Shown here piece after piece: positions 59,237 through 64,000 of a stretch of 64,000 nt of DNA (positions are counted from its first letter, which is position 1; every line of letters begins with the position of its first letter). The notes under the pieces were generated by a model. That model saw only the letters and a list, made by a program, of their open reading frames with translations, ran no database searches and had not been told where the DNA came from. The position numbers were made by a program, and so were the translations under genes. Source of the DNA: Macrostomum lignano. Lineage: Eukaryota. The DNA is taken from positions 62,001-126,000 of the forward strand of contig NIVC01002067.1 in assembly GCA_002269645.1 (NCBI GenBank), given 5' to 3'.

Positions 59237-59679
59237 TCAGTCAGAAGCAAAAACGATTCAAAATTCCGCTAACTTGTGCATGCGATAAACAAACTTCAAC
59301 TCTTGTTTGTAAATATTCGTGCTTTTTTAAAAATTTATCTCAATATATCCTACTCGTTTATCCACAATTTGCTTATCGAGAAATTATAACTTCTATGAAG
59401 TATTCCAACACGCACCATATCAGTCGCTCACAATTCTTTTTTTAGTTGAAAACAAACATACCGGTACACTTCTTGAGCTGATGCTACGAGCTATAAATAA
59501 CTCAATACGAGTATTCGAAAACATTTGAAAACAAGAAAGAGATATCAGCCAGTGCACTTTAAAAGTATTGAAGTAATAGAAAACATCTAAATAGTTTTTT
59601 GAATTGGAGATCCGAAGGATTACGAGTAGAAGGGAAATCTTGACGAAATATTTGGAGAGGGAGAACTCGACACGGAGAG

Positions 59680-60940
59680 GAATCGACAAGGAAATCTCGG
59701 CATCTGGGGAAATCGACAAGGAAAACTCGGCAAGGGGAAACCATCAACAGGAGAAATCGACAGGGAAATCTCGGCAAGGGGAAATCGACAGGGAAAACCC
59801 GGCATCTTTGGGAAATCGACAGGGAAAACTCGGCACCTGGGGAAATCGACAGGGAAAACTCGGCACCTGGGGAAATCGACAGGGAAAACTCGGCATCTGG
59901 GAATCGACAGGGAAAACTCGGCATCTGGGGAAATCGACAGGGAAAACTCGGCATCTTTGGGAAATCGACACGGAAAACTCGGCATCTTTGGGAAATCGAC
60001 GGGGAAAACTCGGCATCTGGGGTAATTGACACGGAAAACTCGGCATCTGGGAATCGACAGGGAAAACTCGGCATCTTTGGGAAATCGACACGGAAAACTC
60101 GGCATCTTTGGGAAATCGACGGGGAAAACTCGGCATCTGGGGTAATTGACACGGAAAACTCGGCATCTGGGAATCGACAGGGAAAACTCGGCATCTTTGG
60201 GAAATCGACAGGGAAAACTCGGCACCTGGGGAAATCGACAGGGAAAACTCGGCATCTGGGAATCGACAGGGAAAACTCGGCATCTGGGAATCGACAGGGA
60301 AAACTCGGCATCTGGGAATCGACAGGGAAAACTCGGCATCTTTGGGAAATCGACAGGGAAAACTCGGCACCTGGGGAAATCGACAGGAAAAACTCGGCAT
60401 CTAGGAATCGACAGGGAAAACTCGGCATCTTTGGGAAATCGACAGGGAAAACTCGGCACCTGGGGAAATCGACAGGGAAAACTCGGCATCTGGGAATCGA
60501 CAGGGAAAACTCGGCATCTGGGGAAATCGACAGGGAAAACTCGGCATCTTTGGGAAATCGACACGGAAAACTCGGCATCTTTGGGAAATCGACGGGGAAA
60601 ACTCGGCATCTGGGGTAATTGACAGGGAAAACTCGGCATCTGGGGAAATCGACAGGGAAAACTCGGCATCTGGGAATCGACAGGGAAAACTCGGCATCTT
60701 TGGGAAATCGACAGGGAAAACTCGGTATCTGGGGAAATCGACAGGGAAAACTCGGCACCTGGGGAAATCGACAGGGAAAACTCGGCATCTGGGGAAATCG
60801 ACAGGGAAAACTCGGCATCTTTGGGAAATCGACACGGAAAACTCGGCATCTTTGGGAAATCGACAGGGAAAACTCGGCACCTGGGAATCGACAGGGAAAA
60901 CTTGGCATCTGGGGAAATCGACAGGGAAAACTCGGCATGA
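59680..60940. repeat. ~28-31-bp minisatellite downstream of the calmodulin-like gene
   Basis: GGGAAATCGACAGGGAAAACTCGGCATCT variants. Confidence 0.95.
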
Positions 60941-61065
60941 AAGAGTGGTCAGATAAGAAATCTCGCAGAATCGATAGAGAATTGGTCTGAACGGAAAGCA
61001 TTTCAAATTAGGCAGCTAAAAATCTGCCTGGGATGAGCCTAAACCAAACAGTGCAAATCGAACTG

Positions 61066-62804
61066 TCAATAATCGTCTTCAGAATGTTCCGCTCCAATTC
61101 CCATAACTTTGGCGAATTCTTCGTAGCTAACCAAGCCGTCCAAGTCCGTGTCAGCCTCCGCCACCATCGCTTCGGCCTCTTCAATGGTGAGCCGTTCGCC
61201 AAAATTCAGCATCACTTGGCGCAGCTCGCCGGCGCTCAAATAGCCGTCTCCATCTGCGTCGAATAGTCTGAACGCTTGGCGAACCTCATCGTCTGAATCG
61301 ACGCTGTGCATCTGCGTGCGCATCATGTAGAGAAATTCGTCAAACTCGATGCTCCCAGAGCCGTCTTGATCCACTTCCTTGATCATCTCCTGGAGACATT
61401 TAAAGTTCAGAAGTTTACTTACTGAGTGTTGTGCATTCGAATCAAGGAATTCTGTTTCTTAGAAAACATTTTCTAGGAGCGAAGAATATTGCCATACCAG
61501 CCAAGGACTATACTTAAACTAGCGCCAAGTTTAAGTAGTCCCTGATTCCAGCATGGAAAATCAGCCGACAATGTGTAGCCTTCAGCATCATGAGAATTGG
61601 CGCTAATATCTGTATGCTGTAGGCCATAGATATTAGCGCCAATTCTCAGTGCTGAAGGCTAGAAATATTAGCGCCAATTCTCAGTGCTGAAGGCTAGAAA
61701 TATTAGCGCCAATTCTCAATGCTGTAGGCCATAGATATTAGCGCCAATTCTCTGTGCTGAAGGCCATAGATATTAGCAACAATTCTCAATGCTGAAGGCT
61801 ATAGATATTAGCGTCAATTCTCAGTGCTGAAGGCCATAGATATTAGCGCCAATTCTCAGTGCTGAAGGCTATAGATATTAGCCCAATTCTCAATGCTGTA
61901 AAGCTATAGATATTAGCGCCAATTCTCAATGCTGAAAGGCTATAGATATTAGCGCCAATTCTCAATGCTGAAAGGCTATAGATATTAGCGCCAATTCTCA
62001 ATGCTGTAAGGCCATAGATATTAGCGCCAATTCTCAGTGCTGAAGGCTATAGATATTAGCGCCAATTCTCAGTGCTGAAGGCTATAGATATTAGCCCAAT
62101 TCTCAATGCTGTAAAGCTATAGATATTAGCGCCAATTCTCAATGCTGAAGGCTATAGATATTAGCGCCAATTCTCAATGCTGTAAGGCTATAGATATTAA
62201 CGCCAATTCTCAATGCTGTAAGGCCATAGATATTAGCGCCAATTCTCAGTGCTGAAGGCTATAGATATTAGCGCCAATTCTCAGTGCTGAAGGCTATAGA
62301 TATTAGCGCCAATTCTCAATGCTGTAAGGCCATAGATATTAGCGCCAATTCTCAGTGCTGAAGGCTATAGATATTAGCGCCAATTCTCAATGCTGTAAGG
62401 CTATAGATATTAGCGCCAATTCTCAATGCTGAAGGCCATATATAGCGCCAATTCTCAATGCTGAAGGCCATATATATTAGCGCCAATTCTAGATCTACAG
62501 TAATTGCCGTAGGCTACATATTTTTTCCCGTGTATTTAGAGACACAAATAATGCCTTCTACACCTATAAAGCATTCATATAGCTACAAAATCCGATATGA
62601 TACGAGACACATGTAGCACTAAGCCTATGCCCATACCTTCAACTCCTCCTGCGTAGGATTCTGGCCCAGCGCTCGCATCACGGACGCCAGCTCTTTATTA
62701 GTGATCGTCCCGTCGCCGTCCTTGTCAAACAAAGAGAAGGCCTCGCGAAATTCTTCAATCTGTTCCTCAGTCAAACTGTCAGTTGTTGCGGCGCTGCCAG
62801 ACAT
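61066..62804 (-). CDS. Calmodulin-like protein, 4 EF-hands, 163 aa
   Basis: Exons 62804-62637 ([38 protein letters not shown]...QEELK) and 61389-61066, phase 0. Loops [36 protein letters not shown] and [12 protein letters not shown]. Confidence 0.93.
61600..62490. repeat. 35-37-bp minisatellite in the calmodulin-like intron
   Basis: ATAGATATTAGCGCCAATTCTCARTGCTGAAGGCY variants. Confidence 0.94.
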
Positions 62805-63385
62805 TGCTTAATCTTCTGTATATTTTAGTAAGTAGGTGGTTCCTACTGCGGACAGCTCTGTAGGTACTGAAATTTTCTCCTTTATATGCTGCTTGATGAC
62901 ACAGGGATGGAAAAGGATGGCACAGTATATAGCTAGCTGCATGTGGCACTAAACTTTTCTGTTGGACTGCAATTAGACAATGAGTTACTCAACGCCTCCC
63001 CCCCCATTGACGCGGAGCTTTGCAACTCAGCTCTTGAAGATGAGGAAAAAGTTGAAAAAGAAAAAAAGCGATTGGGAAGAAGTGGAGCGGAAGCTACATA
63101 CATTAAAGAGAATTTGCTCAACAATAGCCGTAAAGAGTGCAGCTACTATGCAGTGTCTAACAACTGGCCCGCTGCAACTTGTTAACACGATTGACTGAGC
63201 ATAGCTTTGGATTGTCTATGCTCACCTGAAGACAAAGCTCAGGATAATAGGATATATGTATATAATTCACAAAGGATCTTCTATCTTCTTTGACAGCTCG
63301 GGTCTGTTATATCGTATAATTAGCTTTAAGAACTGAGGACGTGGCCTATCCTACTGGTACTGCATGTATAGTAAAGTAGTTGGTA

Positions 63386-63980
63386 TACTGTCCGTCAAAA
63401 GTTCCGGAACCCTTGCTACGATGTCTTCTAGCGGACATAATTTCAGTCCGTTTCAATTGTAACTTGATTCAAATGAAAGCTGCGGATCTCAGCTCCATGA
63501 TGTGGTCAAGAAAAAGTTTATTCGAAGGAGCGCGTGTGAACAGGCCAGTGTTATGTACATAAAGGTTAGAGAAAAAGTGAGGAAAAGACAAACAAGCAAT
63601 TGTTTTTTACTCTCCCATGAAAGCTGACTGCACAAGAATCCATAAGAGCTGTTGATTTCAACACAAGTTTTGGCCATAGACTAATGTTAGCCAGGCTGAA
63701 CACTGCGCGCAAACCGATTCCTTCCAATGTGTGTTTGCTCCATAGACTCAGCAACCATAGACAATTGCTTGTTTGTCTTTTCCTCACTTTTTTTCTCTAA
63801 CCTTTATGTACATAACACTGGCCTGTTCACACGCGCTCATTCGAATAAACTTTTTCTTGACCACATCATGGAGCTGAGATCCGCAGCTTTCATTTGAATC
63901 AAGTTACAATTGAAACGGACTGAAATTATGTCCGCTAGAAGACATCGTAGCAAGGGTTCCGGAACTTTTGACGGACAGTA
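63386..63980. mobile_element. Foldback MITE with ~218-bp TIRs and TA target duplication (Tc1/mariner-like)
   Basis: 63386-63603 is the near-perfect reverse complement of 63761-63980, with a 157-bp spacer. TA at 63384-63385 and 63981-63982. Confidence 0.9.
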
Positions 63981-64000
63981 TATATTGGCAATCCCTGAAA

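Noticed and set aside
11590-62490. Regular repeats considered as CRISPR arrays
   Set aside because: The units are head-to-tail with no unique spacers, no cas genes are present, and the context is eukaryotic introns.
62933-63198. Short overlapping ORFs including a charged stretch (EDEEKVEKEKKRLGRSG)
   Set aside because: There is no clear start or splice context and no family match, so a gene call is not supported.

Overview
Eukaryotic (metazoan) genomic DNA with GT-AG spliced genes whose introns are packed with unrelated minisatellites. This architecture suggests the flatworm Macrostomum lignano, but the species is my inference and is not shown by the sequence. Left to right the window holds: (1) a very young, near-complete Ty3/Gypsy LTR retrotransposon on the minus strand (1-8708), with near-identical LTRs, a tRNA-Leu-like PBS, a GGGAAAC plus pseudoknot -1 frameshift signal, a ~240-aa disordered insert before integrase, an extra ~206-aa ORF after integrase and no recognisable polypurine tract; (2) two copies of a ~258-bp MITE; (3) a complete 10-exon insulin-degrading enzyme gene ending in AKL, with a CORE-type SINE in intron 2; (4) four WSC-domain exons forming one or two secreted proteins; (5) a divergent BIR+UBA-like IAP gene; (6) an unidentified multi-exon gene candidate; (7) a strongly divergent type II pantothenate-kinase-like gene; (8) an intact Crypton-type tyrosine recombinase ORF with structured ends; (9) a decayed CACTA/EnSpm transposase with its divergent accessory gene; (10) a small TNFR-like cysteine-rich membrane protein gene that the ORF track misses; (11) a calmodulin-like gene; (12) a ~595-bp foldback MITE. 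All gene models were built by hand from splice signals and phase checks, and family assignments come from motif recognition. No database search was run.
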